From positions 51,026,001 through 51,090,000 of the forward strand of contig NC_045703.1 of NCBI RefSeq assembly GCF_009834535.1: a DNA stretch of 64,000 nucleotides, read 5' to 3'. The position numbers and the translations under genes are program-made. The notes beneath the pieces are model-generated. The model had not been told where the DNA came from and searched no databases. It saw only the letters and a program-made list of their open reading frames with translations. Every line of letters begins with the position of its first letter. Position 1 is the stretch's first letter. Origin of the DNA: Camelus ferus. Lineage: Eukaryota. Shown piece by piece: positions 11,001-22,860 of this stretch.

Positions 11001-12449
11001 AAAGCTTCTAAGCACAGCCTCTCACCGAGCCCTTGACTCTGCTGGTCCCCCTCCTCTCCTCTCTGCAGCTGCCGTTTCCTGGAATTGCAGACGTGTCTGG
11101 GTGAGCTCATGTGAGACTGTCTGAAACAGTCCAAGAAAGAGTCACAATGCAAAGGCAGCTTCATCTTTGGCCAGATGTCAACTTACCTGGATAGTCTAGC
11201 CCAGTGAAGTGCATCTGGCCCCCTACACGCTGTGACAATTGTATGGAAAGAAATTCAGCAAGAAGATGAGTGTATTCAGATAAATGTTGATGACATATTT
11301 TCTTTCCTTTTTTGGTTTCCTTTTCCTTTGAAAACTCTTGTAACCCTCTGAGATAGCCTGCTGTCACCTCCCTCTTTTAAAACCCTTGGTATCCTTCTTT
11401 CTGTGTTGGTTGGCATCTGTGAGCTGAAGGATCAGGACACTCAGGCATTAGGTGTGCCGGCCCCCAGCTCTGAGGGGTGTCAATTTCACTGGTCTTCTCT
11501 GATTGATTTTTGGTGTCTCCAGAAGCCTCTGTTGAGATATAGATGTGAAATCTGAATAGTCTGGTCAAACTGGTATACCAGGACATTTTGTTGGGGACTC
11601 GAGCCTGATAAAAATTTTCTAGTAACTTTCCTCCCATTTCTTAGGGGCAGGAGTTAGGGGGCTGATGCTACCAAACAGGAACAGCTTCAGTGCAGTTTCC
11701 ATGATGATCGAAAAGCCTTTCCCTGAATCTGGGTATTCTTTTCTCAAGCAGAAGGCTTGGGAAAATTGGAGAACCAATATTCTAATGCTTTTGCCTCCTA
11801 GAGGAAGCCACATTTGGCAAGAACCATAGGTGGCTCAGAGTCCAAACTTTACCTGCTCCAACCAGGTGTCTAGTTCAGACCAGATACATACACCTTGATG
11901 ATCCAGAGGGGCCTCATGTCAGGAGTCATGCCCAAAGACTCCAGAAAGTTCTCATTCACTGAAAGGGAGTGAGGGAAGGAAGATGGGTGATTCCAGAGAA
12001 GCCCAAGTCTGGGTCGTTGGGCAATCGTGGTGTATGGGAGTTCTCACCTGGGGGTCTCCATCTTCTGTCGACCAACAGGCCTGTGCATCCTGTCCTGCCC
12101 TCTAGGGGCAAGAAAATCTCTACTGTTCTTTGGATGTAAGGAACCTAAATCAGTGGTTCCCAGATTTTTGTTTTGTTTTTTAATTTTTTTTTCAAAGTGG
12201 TGGTGGTGGTGGTAAATTGCTTTGGCATTGCCAAAATCAAGTCTTTGAGAAAACCCCCAAAAGTCCAAAACATCTAGAGTCATTATTTCTTAATAGAGAC
12301 AATATTTTTTCTTAATAAAAAAAAAAAGGTAGAAGGGCCAGAAGGATATAAATCTCAGGATAAAGGACAGTTTTTCAAAAGTAACTCATTCAGTTAGGAC
12401 AGCCTGTCTAAAATGTCCTGATTTTTATTTTGCTATGTGGATGGAGGAA

Positions 12450-12570
12450 ACTTCATCACAAATCAGAACAGAGAATCGGGAGATCTGAGTTCAAATCCAG
12501 ACTTGGGTGCTCTTTCTGTCCTTTGGGCAAAGCAATGATTCTGTCCCCTCTGTTCTGTTATTTCCTATGT
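12450..12570 (+). mobile_element. MIR fragment
   Basis: gagatctgagttcaaatccagactt...ctttgggcaaagc. Confidence 0.6.
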
Positions 12571-13257
12571 GAGGGAATTCTGTTAGTTGATTTCTCGAGG
12601 GCCCCTCAGGCTCTCACTTTCTCTCAGCTCCTGTTTCTCTGATGACCATGTAGAAGGCTGAGCTCTGTTTCTATCGCTTCTCAGCCCCACATTTTATGTA
12701 ACAGTTGTTTCATCAGGGTCCCCATCCACAATCCAGCGAACAACTCCCTCCCTAGGATTCGTGAAGGCTTGTCATATCATACAAAACCCAGTAATTTTCC
12801 CACTCGTCCGGGAGTTTCCCAGGATTTTCTGCCAAAGATTATTTTGGCGTCTAACAACTTTGGGGAGCTTTCTGTCATCAGTATTATCATCAACAACAAC
12901 AACAAAAAAAATGTCTTAAGTTAACAAGGAAAATTACTGAATAAAGACAATAAAGACATGATTACTTAATGGGTAAAAGTTCAGACAGTATATGAAAGAG
13001 TAGCACTGTCCAAACACCGTGCACATGTCCAGGAGCCAGGATGCAGATGATGGTGATTATAACATCAGCTTTGAGGGCTGCATACTGTAGTGCTAGTTAG
13101 TGGAGAGAGAAGCCAGCACCTCCCTTCTAATGAATCCAGAAAGCATCACCGAACAGGATTACTTAAGGAGTTGGAGTAGGAGAGGGCAAGAGAAAAAGAG
13201 ACCTTCTAAGAGAGCAGGATGTCAAAAAATATTCCACAAAACAGAGCCACACCGGTG

Positions 13258-13464
13258 CAGTCCAGTGGGGACAATGTTGCACCCCAGGTGATGTTTAACA
13301 TGTCTGGAGACATGATGGGTCATCACGACCTAGAAAGAGTACAGAGGCCAGAGCTGCTGCTCCACATCCGACCACACACGGCTGCCCGGAAACGCTCATT
13401 GCGGCCCCCACAACCAAGAATCATCCCGTTCCAAATGTCAATAGCGTCAGAGCTGAAAACCCTG
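13258..13464 (+). mobile_element. MER20 (hAT-Charlie MITE)
   Basis: aacatgtctggagacat...agaggccagagctgctgctccacatcc...cccccacaaccaagaatcatcccgttccaaatgtcaatagcgtcagagctgaaaaccctg is colinear with the MER20 consensus. Confidence 0.85.
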
Positions 13465-14039
13465 TGCTGGAGAAAACCGGGGAGTGAGACGGGGATTAAG
13501 AGCCAGAGGACACGTCGCAGTCACACAGGAGTGAGGAGCGAGGACGGTATTAACTTTGAGATGGAGGAGAGTGAGGAGGTGCCACTCTCATTGAAATCTG
13601 TCACCCTCCATCCTTTCTTAGGCTCCGGAATCAATGTTAGAAAGCACATTCGACCCAGAGCCCAGGCCTGGTCTGCTGCGCTGGGCGCAGCAGCCCAGCG
13701 TGGGGGTGGGGGCAGAGGCAGTTACGGCCCTCCACCTCTCTCCCTGTGGATGTGCTGGGCTGAAAACTGCTCTGCAGGAGGAGGAAAGAGAGCAGGTGTG
13801 GGGGGCGAAGTCACCAGGCACAGAGGTGAGAGCAAAGTGAATCTGCTCCCTCTAGACATAGGTACTCAGGCCCTGGGCTTCCCGGGCCTCAAGTAGCTGC
13901 GCTTGTTAGAACAGCACCCACTTCACTGTTGCCTGGGTTTAGTACATAAAATCCCTGACCCGAAGCACTCTAGGTAGTTAAATAAACCCAGGGTAGTTAG
14001 GCAGTCCCAACGGATTTTTCTCCCAACTTCGTTTCCTCC

Positions 14040-14510
14040 TAGTCCCCATGGCCACCTCACTCCAGCCACACTGGCCTCCTCCATTAATCCCCGAACACTC
14101 CTGCCTCAGGGCCTTTGCATAAACTGTTTGCTCCCCTTGCCTGGAACTCTCCTCCTCATACCCACAGAGCTAACTCCTTCACACACTGCAAGTCTCTGTT
14201 CAGATGTTAGCTTCTCCATAGATGTACCCTACACTCAACTCATAATTACAACCCACCCCTCCACACACATTCCCCTTTCCTAATTGCTGTATCCTATGTC
14301 CTTTTTCTATAGTACTTATCACTGTTTCTAATGCCGTATATATATATATGTCTTAATTAATGTATTCATTATTTATCTCCCTCCATTCAAATGCATGCTT
14401 GAGGGGCTAAGATTTTAGTATGTTTTGTTCATTGATGAATTCCATCACCGAGCAGAGGGCTTGGCATGTATGTACCCTGCTTAAAACTGTGTGCCATGAC
14501 TATTCATTCC
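14040..14510 (+). mobile_element. L2 3' end
   Basis: cactccagccacactggcctcc...cctgcctcagggcctttgcat...gcctggaactctc...gagcagagggcttggcatg. Confidence 0.85.
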
Positions 14511-15009
14511 ATTGCTAGTGTGCTTTATGAATTAATGTTCTGAGTAAATCTTACAATTATATAATAAACCATACAAGTTGCATTTTATTTTTTTCATCAA
14601 AATGATCATCTTTTTCAGTGTAAACATTTTTGTTACACAATTTTGTTAACTCTACTTAGGCATGCGATTTTTTTTTAATGAGCAGACATCCTTTAAGAAT
14701 GGAAGCGGCAGAGCCTCAATGTCCGGTTTCCCTCACTAATAAATAAACCCGGAGGGCTATTCACAATGGTGGAGCCTTTAGAATCAACAAGCTTCCCAAT
14801 AGGGCAGGACAATTTTGTTTTTTTTTAAAGCTGCCCTTTGCACGTAACATATGGTAATCTCAGGAGACCAATGAAGCAATCAGGGAGATCTAAAGGATGG
14901 GAACAGTATGTTTTTTTTGAAAACCCTCTGACAAGAGCAGACAGTCCCTCCCTCCCTCCAACCATCCTGAAAGGGAAGTATGTCGGCTTGGACAGTAAAG
15001 AGACGCGGT

Positions 15010-15019
15010 GGGAATTCCC
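15010..15019. promoter_or_regulatory. Perfect palindromic NF-kappaB site
   Basis: GGGAATTCCC in apparently non-repetitive sequence; function untested. Confidence 0.35.
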
Positions 15020-15219
15020 CCTTCCCTTTGGTCTACTTTACAAACGAGCTTCATGAGGGTGAAAGATGGGTCATTCCCATCCACAGACGCTTTAACTAGA
15101 AGCCAAGGCTGCCCGGGAGATAAAGTAGTAGAGAATAAGTGACACCAATTTTTGTTCCCCGCAAAACAGAATTTTTATAAAAATTGCCAACACTTAAACG
15201 CGGCTGTTTCACAACATCA

Positions 15220-15236
15220 CCGATAGATGGCAGCAC
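15220..15236 (+). promoter_or_regulatory. CTCF-like motif
   Basis: ccgatagatggcagcac carries the AGATGGCAGCA core, with two mismatches in the 5' part. Confidence 0.35.
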
Positions 15237-15290
15237 ATGATCCATCTTCACCAGTAAGTGGCTTCAAAGTTAACTTTTCCCCGTGAAGGT

Positions 15291-15332
15291 CCACTACTTG
15301 GTTCTTCAGCTCCACTGCTTGGTTCTTCAGCT
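15291..15332. repeat. 21-bp tandem duplication
   Basis: ccactacttggttcttcagct ccactgcttggttcttcagct (20/21 identical), then a partial third unit. Confidence 0.9.
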
Positions 15333-15833
15333 CCCCTGAAGTTCTTAGTGTCATCAAACAGCAATTTAGGTGTCCAATAAAATCTTGCTTTTTTTCTTCC
15401 CCCTCTCCCTGTCTAGATTAAGCCTCTTGGTGACCTCAAACCACAATCATCAAGTCAACTGTGGTACTGTGACCTGGATAAAACAGCCAGGAAATGAAAA
15501 ACAAAACAAAACAAAAACCATACTGTGAGCATTTCAAGGGAGAATGAGATCATGGCAAGCAGGCAGTTAGCAAAATAAGTCAGAAATTAGTTATGTTCAG
15601 AAGAGTCAAAAGACAGAAGGGGCGATTTTTGTGATTTGCCTTTTTAGGATCACTATGTCCAAACACGGAGAGCTTTAACACGGATGCTAATATTTGAGTG
15701 GTGGCTACCGAACTGACCACTGTAGTTCCTTCCAGGTCCAATAAGATATAATACAATACATCAGAGTATAGCCCTGTGTACAGGGTTCTAAGGTAAAATT
15801 TCTTGCTCTGGGTCATGGCCAAAGAAAACTTAC

Positions 15834-15908
15834 AAAACTCTGCCATGGAGGGTTGTGTCTGCTTTCAGCCTGTGTATTCTCTATAGTCGAACACCAATAA
15901 GCTCCTCC
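15834..15908 (-). other. Candidate internal exon containing a start codon (MAEF...)
   Basis: Minus strand: ttttttttgacAG|G acceptor, ccctccATGG start context (ATG 15846-15844), TTT|GTAAGT donor; no expression evidence. Confidence 0.25.
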
Positions 15909-16363
15909 CTGTCAAAAAAAACCTAATTTAACAAATAGAACTTCAGGTGAATGTAAGTGGCATCAAACAGGAAACTAAATTAAAGGTCTGTGCAACCACA
16001 GGTATACGGACATGGGGAATTAGGCCACTTACCACCATCTTTACCTGTATACCCATGATTTGCCAAAACAGCTCTATTTTCAGGCATTTTGTCCTGTTCT
16101 TCCATAAACACGCTCGTACTCATGATGTTATATGCCCTACATTTCAGTTTGGGAAAATCTAGCCACTGGTTAAACTGACAGGCCAGGGTTCAAAACCTAC
16201 TGTCTAAAAGAGCTGGTCAGGTAAAATAAATGAGTGAAGCAGGCTAGGAATAGCAAAGGATTGCATTTGGATTTTGTACATAATATGTGATTTTTTTTAA
16301 GTTGATAAGTAACAGTTTGAAAGGGAGAATGAAAAAGATATTGTGCTGGGCAGGAACCAGGCC

Positions 16364-16748
16364 TGCTATGGACTGAGTTTTATTTCCCAACAATTTTATA
16401 TGTTGAAGCTCTGACCTCCAGTGTGACTGTATTTGGAGATGGAATCTCTAGGAGGTAATTAAGGTTAAGGGAGATCGTAAGGGTGACACCCTAATTTGAT
16501 AGGACCGGTGGCCTTATAAGAAGAGAAAGAGAGAGAGGTCTCCTTACGCACACACCCAGGAAAGGGCGTGTAAGCACACGGCAAGAAGGCGGCTGTCTAC
16601 AAGCCAGGAGGGGAGCCCTCACCGGGAACCGTATCAGCCAGCCCCAATCTTGGACATCTAGGCTCCAGAATTGTGAGAAATACATTTCTGTTGTTTAAGC
16701 CATTCAGTCCATGGTATTTTGTTATAACAGCTGACACATCCTAATACA
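16364..16748 (+). mobile_element. MLT1A solo LTR (ERVL-MaLR), complete
   Basis: tgctatggactga...ctaataca termini, colinear with MLT1A; perfect 5-bp TSD AGGCC at 16359-16363 and 16749-16753. Confidence 0.92.
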
Positions 16749-17189
16749 AGGCCTAAGTCCGGGATATGCCCATGGTCCTTGAGGTTGTCACCTCTGCCCT
16801 AGTTATACTTCAGGTTGAATGATACACAGCCTTATCGAGGGTAAGGATCTGAAGTCACTTTAAGTGTCAATCCTCACAGTGGCTTTGAAGCCTCAGTACA
16901 ATGATGACAGGATATTCATTCATTGAACAAATATTTCAAGAGTACGTGATTAAAACTAGCCTGACTGTGAGTAAAGTGGGCAAAGGAAAAGCTACTTTGG
17001 GAACATAGAGAACAAATGTGACCATTTCCAGAAGAGGTGATCTCCACAGTTTCAGAATGAGCATGCTAGTCACACCCACACCCTCGGGCCTGGGGAGGGC
17101 TGGCCTCTGGCAGGACAGGGGCTGCAGGATTTGCCTTTCCCTTTCTTTTTCCTTTCCTGTACCAGGTCACGGTCCCCCTGTCCTAGGGC

Positions 17190-17420
17190 CATTCATTCAT
17201 TATTTGATTTAATCCTCAGGGTCTTCAGAATTTCATTCATTTTTTGGCAATTATTTGTCAAGTATGAACTTTGTGTTAAGCACACATCTAGGTGCTGAGA
17301 TACATCCATGAAGAAAAGAGATGAAAATTCTTGGATTTATGGCATCTCTATTCTGGTTGGGTGAGACAGACAATAAACAAAGCAAGTGAGTAAAGCGTGT
17401 GACATGTTAGAAGGCTGTAA
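17190..17420 (-). mobile_element. L2 3' fragment
   Basis: ttcattcatttttggcaattatttgtcaag...gtgctgagatacatcc...gagacagacaataaacaaag. Confidence 0.7.
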
Positions 17421-18039
17421 GATGCACTTGCAGTATTATTGACACTACTCCATCTGCTCCGGAAGGAAACAATTGGGATGGATAAGCAAGTCAGTTAGTA
17501 ACACGTGAGACTTGTTAGAAGGTTAAAGAAGAGCATATGTGCATGAACACAGACAGGGAGAGTTGGCAGGCCAGGATGCCGGATATTCACAACACTAAAA
17601 TATACGGAGACACTCCATATCCATGAGTTCTTAATTTGGCTTCCCATTTGGGAAATTCCTTCTGGCCCCAAGTTACCTTTGCACTCAAAACACACAAAAA
17701 AATCCTAGCTTCTCAGCAGGCTAGTTGGCAAGCAACAGCCATAACCACATGCTGGCTCCAGACACCTGCTCTGTCCTCTGGGACCTCGTGATCAAGTTCA
17801 ACTCTGATGTTGGTAACAATCAGGGAAGGCTGATGGGAGAAAGACATCTGAACATTGTTGAACCTTGGACCAAGTTACTTTAGTTCTTTCACCCATTTGC
17901 TCACTATGTTAAGCGTGTTAACTCACCCCCATTATTCTCCCAGAGAGAGGTGTAATTGATTTAATAAACCGTGTGATTCAATCATCTTGATTCAATTTGT
18001 GGGCCTTTCTGAGAGAGCTTGCCTGGTTGTGGGCTTAGA

Positions 18040-18760
18040 GGCTGTCATAGCACTGAAATAATTTCCCACGTGACAGAGATGAGAAGTGCAACAGCATCAA
18101 AAAATAAAGCACAGAACGGAGATGGGGAGTATTTCAAATGGAGTGGTCAGGAAAGGTTTGATTATAGAAGGTAGCGTCAGAGCAAAGACTTAAAGGAGTC
18201 AAGGGAACAAGCCACACAGATGTCTTCAGGAAGATCCGTCTAGACAAGGGAACCATCCATGTGAAGAGCCCCAGCCGTGAGCTTTTCTGGCAAGCTCTAG
18301 GAGCAGCAAGGAGGTCTGTGAGAGATTAAGTGAGAGGTAGCTCAGGGCCCGTCCATATTGGCCCCATCAGTTCTTGGGAGAACTTCAGATTTTACTCTAA
18401 AATGATTGCCATTGGAAGGTTTTGGACAGGAGAGTGGTTGAATTTACATTTTAATATGATCAGTCTGACTGTTGTTCACTGGAAAGGAGCAGGGGACAGA
18501 GCATGGAAGCCAGCTGGGGGATAAGCAATGATCCAGGCTAAAGGTGATGTTGGCTCGGGCCAAGATGGTAGCAGCAGAGGTGGTGAAAGGTGATGAGATT
18601 CTAGATATGTTTTGGACATAGAGCCACCCAGATTTGTTATCAGATTGATGTGGGGAGTGAGAAAGAGGGAGTCAGTGATGAATCCAAATATTTAGACCTT
18701 AGCAACTGGAGATGGAGATGCCATTAACTGCCCAAGGAGAAAACTAGAGAGGACATATCA
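18040..18760 (-). mobile_element. L2
   Basis: agatttactctaaaatgattgcc...aaggttttggacagg...gtgatgagattctagatatgttttggacatagagcc...ttagcaactggagatggagatgccatt. Confidence 0.85.
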
Positions 18761-18764
18761 GTAC

Positions 18765-18870
18765 CACTTTACTGAGGAAAGAACTGAAACCTAAATAACT
18801 TACCCAAACTTAACATGGGTAGTGAGTTGTTCAACTCGTCAGGTCGTGTTTCCAAACTCATGCTCTTTCT
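18765..18870 (-). mobile_element. MIR fragment
   Basis: tttactgaggaaagaactgaaacctaaataacttacccaaac...ccaaactcatgctcttt. Confidence 0.55.
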
Positions 18871-19185
18871 GTGTCTCAGCCCCCTGAGAAGAGTGTATGG
18901 GGAAGGCGTACAGAGGAGGCTACACAGAGAGACGGGTGCCAGGTTCCCCACCATCTGACAGCAGAGCATTCCTGTGAAAACTTTGGTAAGCCAAAATGGC
19001 AGAAAGTGAAGAATCAATTCCCTTAAGACACATCTTACCAACAGATACACAAAATAAATCAAGATAAAGCACAGCTGCTCACAGACACGGTTTGAAGCTA
19101 TGGTAGCTTGCTGCTGAGATGTGGGGTGTAGTGCCCAGGGAAAGGGCTTGGGGGTGCCACTCTCGCTGCTTGGGGTGCCTGCTGC

Positions 19186-19193
19186 CTTTATAA
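19186..19193 (-). promoter_or_regulatory. Consensus TATA box (TATAAAAG), candidate core promoter
   Basis: Minus strand gagccttATAAAAGgcagcaggcacccc; followed by an ATG-free ~125-nt stretch ending in TTG|GTAAGA at 19039. Confidence 0.3.
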
Positions 19194-19899
19194 GGCTCAC
19201 TGCAAAACAAATGCTGAATGCTATATTCGCCTTTCGTCCTTTTTCTTAAAAGCAAAAATCCCTGTCAGATTTCTTTCAGTTAGCAAAAACAGGTACCAAT
19301 GTAGGTCTTTCATAAAAGTAAAGTGGCATAAAGCAAACTGTCAAAAAGCAGGGCACACCTGTGTACAGACAGCAATGCGAGCAGAGCAGAGAGTGATCAA
19401 GTCTGACTGTGAGGGGGGATCAACGATTTCACAGAGGAAAGCTAACAGCTTGGCCTTTACTGGTAACCAGGTCTGCGGATGGGAAGGTATTCCAGAGAGA
19501 TAGCCGCGTGCACAGGACTGAGATGTAATGAGTCCAGTAGAGGGAAAATTCAAAGAATCACAAAGTCAGCGCATCCAGAGGTTGGGTAAACTGTTTCAAC
19601 AATTTCACTTTAACTCAAAATTTAGCATCAAAACCTCCTGACTCAATTTCTCTTCCATATGGACCCAGAGTATTATGCAAGGATTGAGGAGGAGCAAGGG
19701 TTTTATTTTCCAGATGAGAGGCAGTCTTCCGAACAGATTTTTCCTCCTGTGCCTACGGGCACTGCTTGTCTGACAGGGAACAAGAGCAAGTAGAGACAGA
19801 TAACGACTGTTGTGCGGAGCTTCCCTCACCAATTGCAAGCAGGTATCCCAGGTCAGCAGCTGAAATTATGTGTATCATGAAGGCAATTTGATAGTCCCT

Positions 19900-20065
19900 A
19901 ACTCAGCACTTCTCAGTTTTTAAAGTGCATGAGAATCATGCAACGCCAATTCTGACTCAGCAAGTCTGAAACGGGGCCTGAGAGCCTGCATCTCTATGAA
20001 ACTCCTAAGGGGTGCTGATACTGCTGTTCTGTGGACCATATTTGAGGTGCAAGACCCCAGCTCTT
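19900..20065 (+). mobile_element. MER5A/B-type hAT-Charlie MITE
   Basis: cagcacttctcagttttaaagtgcatgagaatc...ttctgactcagcaagtctgaaacggggcctgagagcctgcat...ggaccatatttgagg. Confidence 0.75.
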
Positions 20066-20899
20066 TGTAAAATGCACCAAAGTCAAGGTCACATAATCGA
20101 AAGACCTAGAAATCAGGACATTTAAAGTCTAGACCTGGATGTTAGGTAAACAGCATCGATCAGACATTAATTTCTTATCTTGAAAAAGGGAAAAGTATCA
20201 AGCTTAGTTAGTGAAACTAGAAAATATGAACTCAGGGAAATTAAATGGACATCTTCAGCTCAGCAAGAACTTGAAAAGAAAACAAAATGAAGAGGAAGAA
20301 ATTGCAGAATATTTGCCTTCCTGCCACCCCCAGAGCAGGCTGAGCCACGAATCCAGTTGGAGTTTGACCTCATGGAGCAGAAGGAGAGTTTGACACTGGT
20401 CTGAGCATTGATGACCCCTGTGACCTTCACGATGGGTGCCCCTCCCAGACTAGGAATGCTGTAAGGGGAAGAATCACGTGAAAATGAAGTGAGCATTAAT
20501 TAGAGGTGGAGAAACTTGTTATCTTGCCAGGTGTGCTTTGAGAAAGTTCCCATAGGTATTTGGGACATGTTTGTGTAGCAGAGGGTGAGATCATGAGAGG
20601 AAGAATTAAATTATGTAAAATGATGTCAGGGCGGTTCTGGCTCCAGTGCAGCAGCCTGTGTGACTGTTGTCAGTGTCAATGGGTGGTACTGACAGCTTCA
20701 GTTACACAGTCAGTTACATACTGAATAATGCGGGATCCACGTTGTCTCTTCTGCTATTTTGTTTTGTCTACTGCTATCATTGCATGGAAGGAAATCTACA
20801 GCTGCATAGCTCCTGTCACCTGTTAGCTATGCAAATATAGCCAGGAGCCAGGAACTGAATTTCAGAGTCGTCATCTCACCGAAATGGTGAATTATTCTC

Positions 20900-21140
20900 A
20901 ACACAGATTGGCAGTAATGGGCATGGACTTGGGAGCCAGGTTTCCAGGGTTTCAATTCCAGCTCCACCACTGGGAGCCATGCACCTTGGACAAGTTACTT
21001 ACCCTCAGTGTGTCTTAGTTTCCTCACCTCTGAAAATGAAGATACTAGTGGTACCTACCTCATGTTATTTCTTTGAGGATTACATGAGCTAAGAGTTGCA
21101 AAGTGCTTGGACAGTGCCAACATGTTAAGTAAGATGCAGG
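20900..21140 (+). mobile_element. MIR, near full length
   Basis: ggacttgggagccagg...ttcaattccagctccaccact...accttggacaagttacttaccctcagtgtgtcttagtttcctcacctctgaaaatga. Confidence 0.9.
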
Positions 21141-21635
21141 TATTTAATAGATAAAATTAGGACTCACAGACCCTTAGAGGTCTGTGGACATATTTTCAAA
21201 AAGTCACAGTTGTTTTTTAAATCATCACCTTAACTCCAGGTTATTGTCAGTTAATCTTGGATTATCTGGATAACCACCTTGTAACTCAATCCTACCATAC
21301 TATTTCAATGCCCTAGTGCACTTGTTTGTGGATAAAATCTCTCAGTAGTCTTAGTAGAAAAACAGAGGGAGATTTCAGGCCCCTCCTAGCTCATAGTGGA
21401 AGAGGCAGATTGAGTTCTGAGTTTTGGGGCAAGCATTTCCACTGTCATGGTACAAGCAGTGGGCGATGCAGATCCCATCTCTGCACGTACTCATTTGCAT
21501 AGTAGTAAGCACAAAATGAAAACATTTTCTTCCCATTTCTAGCAATACTCAGATTAGATGCTTGCTTAATACATAGTGAAAAATTGTTGCACCCTGACCC
21601 TATCTTCAAGTGAATAATACAACTTTATAGAATTA

Positions 21636-21862
21636 CAGTAGTCCTGCTTTTCCACAATTTCTCTTTCCTTGGTTTGTTACCCTTGGTCAACCATGGTCAA
21701 AAATATGAAATGGAAAATTCCAGAAATAAACAATCCATAAGATTTTAACCGTGCTCTGCCTGAGTAGTGTGCTGAAATCTTGTGCTGTCCCCCTCCCTCC
21801 TGCCTGAGACTTGCATCATCCCTTTGTCCAGCGTATCCCACCTGTTAGTCACCTAGTAGCCC
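21636..21862 (+). mobile_element. MER44B/Tigger7-type 5' part (TcMar-Tigger)
   Basis: ta|cagtagtcc...ggtcaaccatggtcaaaaatatgaaatggaaaattccagaaataaacaat...atcatccctttgtccagcgtatcc...gttagtcacctagtagcc. Confidence 0.85.
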
Positions 21863-22029
21863 TTTCAAACATATTCATATTTCCATTTCTATTGATTCAT
21901 TTCACAGAAACAAATCCTGTATTAATGTGTAGGTTGCCCCATAAGATTTTGCTGCTAAATTGTGTTATTTATTTTTGAGAACCCATGAGCTTTTTTCTTT
22001 TGATTTGCAAAGAGACACCCATTTTGTAT

Positions 22030-22860
22030 TTCATAAGATGTGCATGTGTTACAGATTATATTGATCAGCTTATCTGACGAGTATAACTGAGGGCTTACCA
22101 TGAACCCAACACAATGCTAAGTGATCAACCAAAAAGTTATGGTCCTTGACCTCATGAAGGTTATAATATCATGAGAAGCAAGAGGTAAATATATAAACAT
22201 AAACACAAAGGTATTCTGCAAGGAAGAATTCTACGAGAACAGGGGTGGGAGCATAGGGACCTAATTTAGTGTGTTTGTTTAGAAAGCTTTCTTGAAGAAG
22301 TAATGTTTGAACTATGACCTAAAGAATGTTTTTAAAAGTCAAGTGATGGGTGGGTGGTGGAAGGATTTTTCAGCAGAGTCAAAAGGAGAGGAGAAGGTTA
22401 CAAAATGGAAAAGAAATATCTAACTCACTGGAGAACTCTCAGTCTGGCTGGACTATAGTGCAGGGACTCCATGAGTCTGGGGAAAATCCAGACCCAGCAT
22501 GGGTTTGGATTCTACTCTAAGGTCAACTGGAAGCTTTTGAAAGATTTAAACAATGGAATGAAATATACCACTTGGACTTTTGTAAGAAGAATGGATGACC
22601 AGGCAGGAGTGGAAGGAGGAGCTTAAAAGGTCACTGCAGTGGTCCAAGTAGTGTCACCAGGTGTCTGTCTACAGGGGTTGACATTCACATGGAGAGAGAA
22701 ATGATGATGGCTTGGACTGGGGGAGAGTGGTAAAGAGAAAGGAACTCAATCTGAGATCTATTTTGCAGGTATAATCTGCAAGACTTGGTTGCTTACTGCA
22801 TTAATGGTAGGATATTCTGCGTTCCTGGCTTGAGCAACTGGGAGATGGAAGAAAGGGGGG
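22030..22860 (-). mobile_element. L2
   Basis: ggtccttgacctcatgaagg...ctttcttgaagaagtaatgtttgaactatgacctaaagaatg...tgatggcttggactggggg...cctggcttgagcaactggg. Confidence 0.8.

Noticed and set aside
12673-12686. atcgcttctcagcc resembles the U2 snRNA 5' end (13/14)
   Set aside because: Similarity stops after 14 nt; no further U2 sequence, tail or TSD
13219-13896. 225-aa plus-strand ORF
   Set aside because: Runs through a MER20 MITE and GC-rich filler; low-information sequence with no domain
13932-13992. 10-bp inverted repeat cctgggttta/taaacccagg
   Set aside because: Several such short stems with spacers up to 50 nt are expected by chance in 64 kb
15228-15243. tggcagcacatgat resembles the miR-15/16 seed region
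   Set aside because: No full mature match and only a 6-bp flanking stem; no pre-miRNA hairpin
15736-15792. 57-nt plus-strand exon-like unit (ccttccAG|...AAG|GTAAAA)
   Set aside because: Stops in all three frames and no supporting neighbours; cannot be distinguished from a pseudo-exon
18769-19200. 143-aa minus-strand ORF
   Set aside because: Non-ATG start upstream of the TATA box, ends in a MIR, no homology; ccttttataagg is not a CArG box (8 rather than 6 W)
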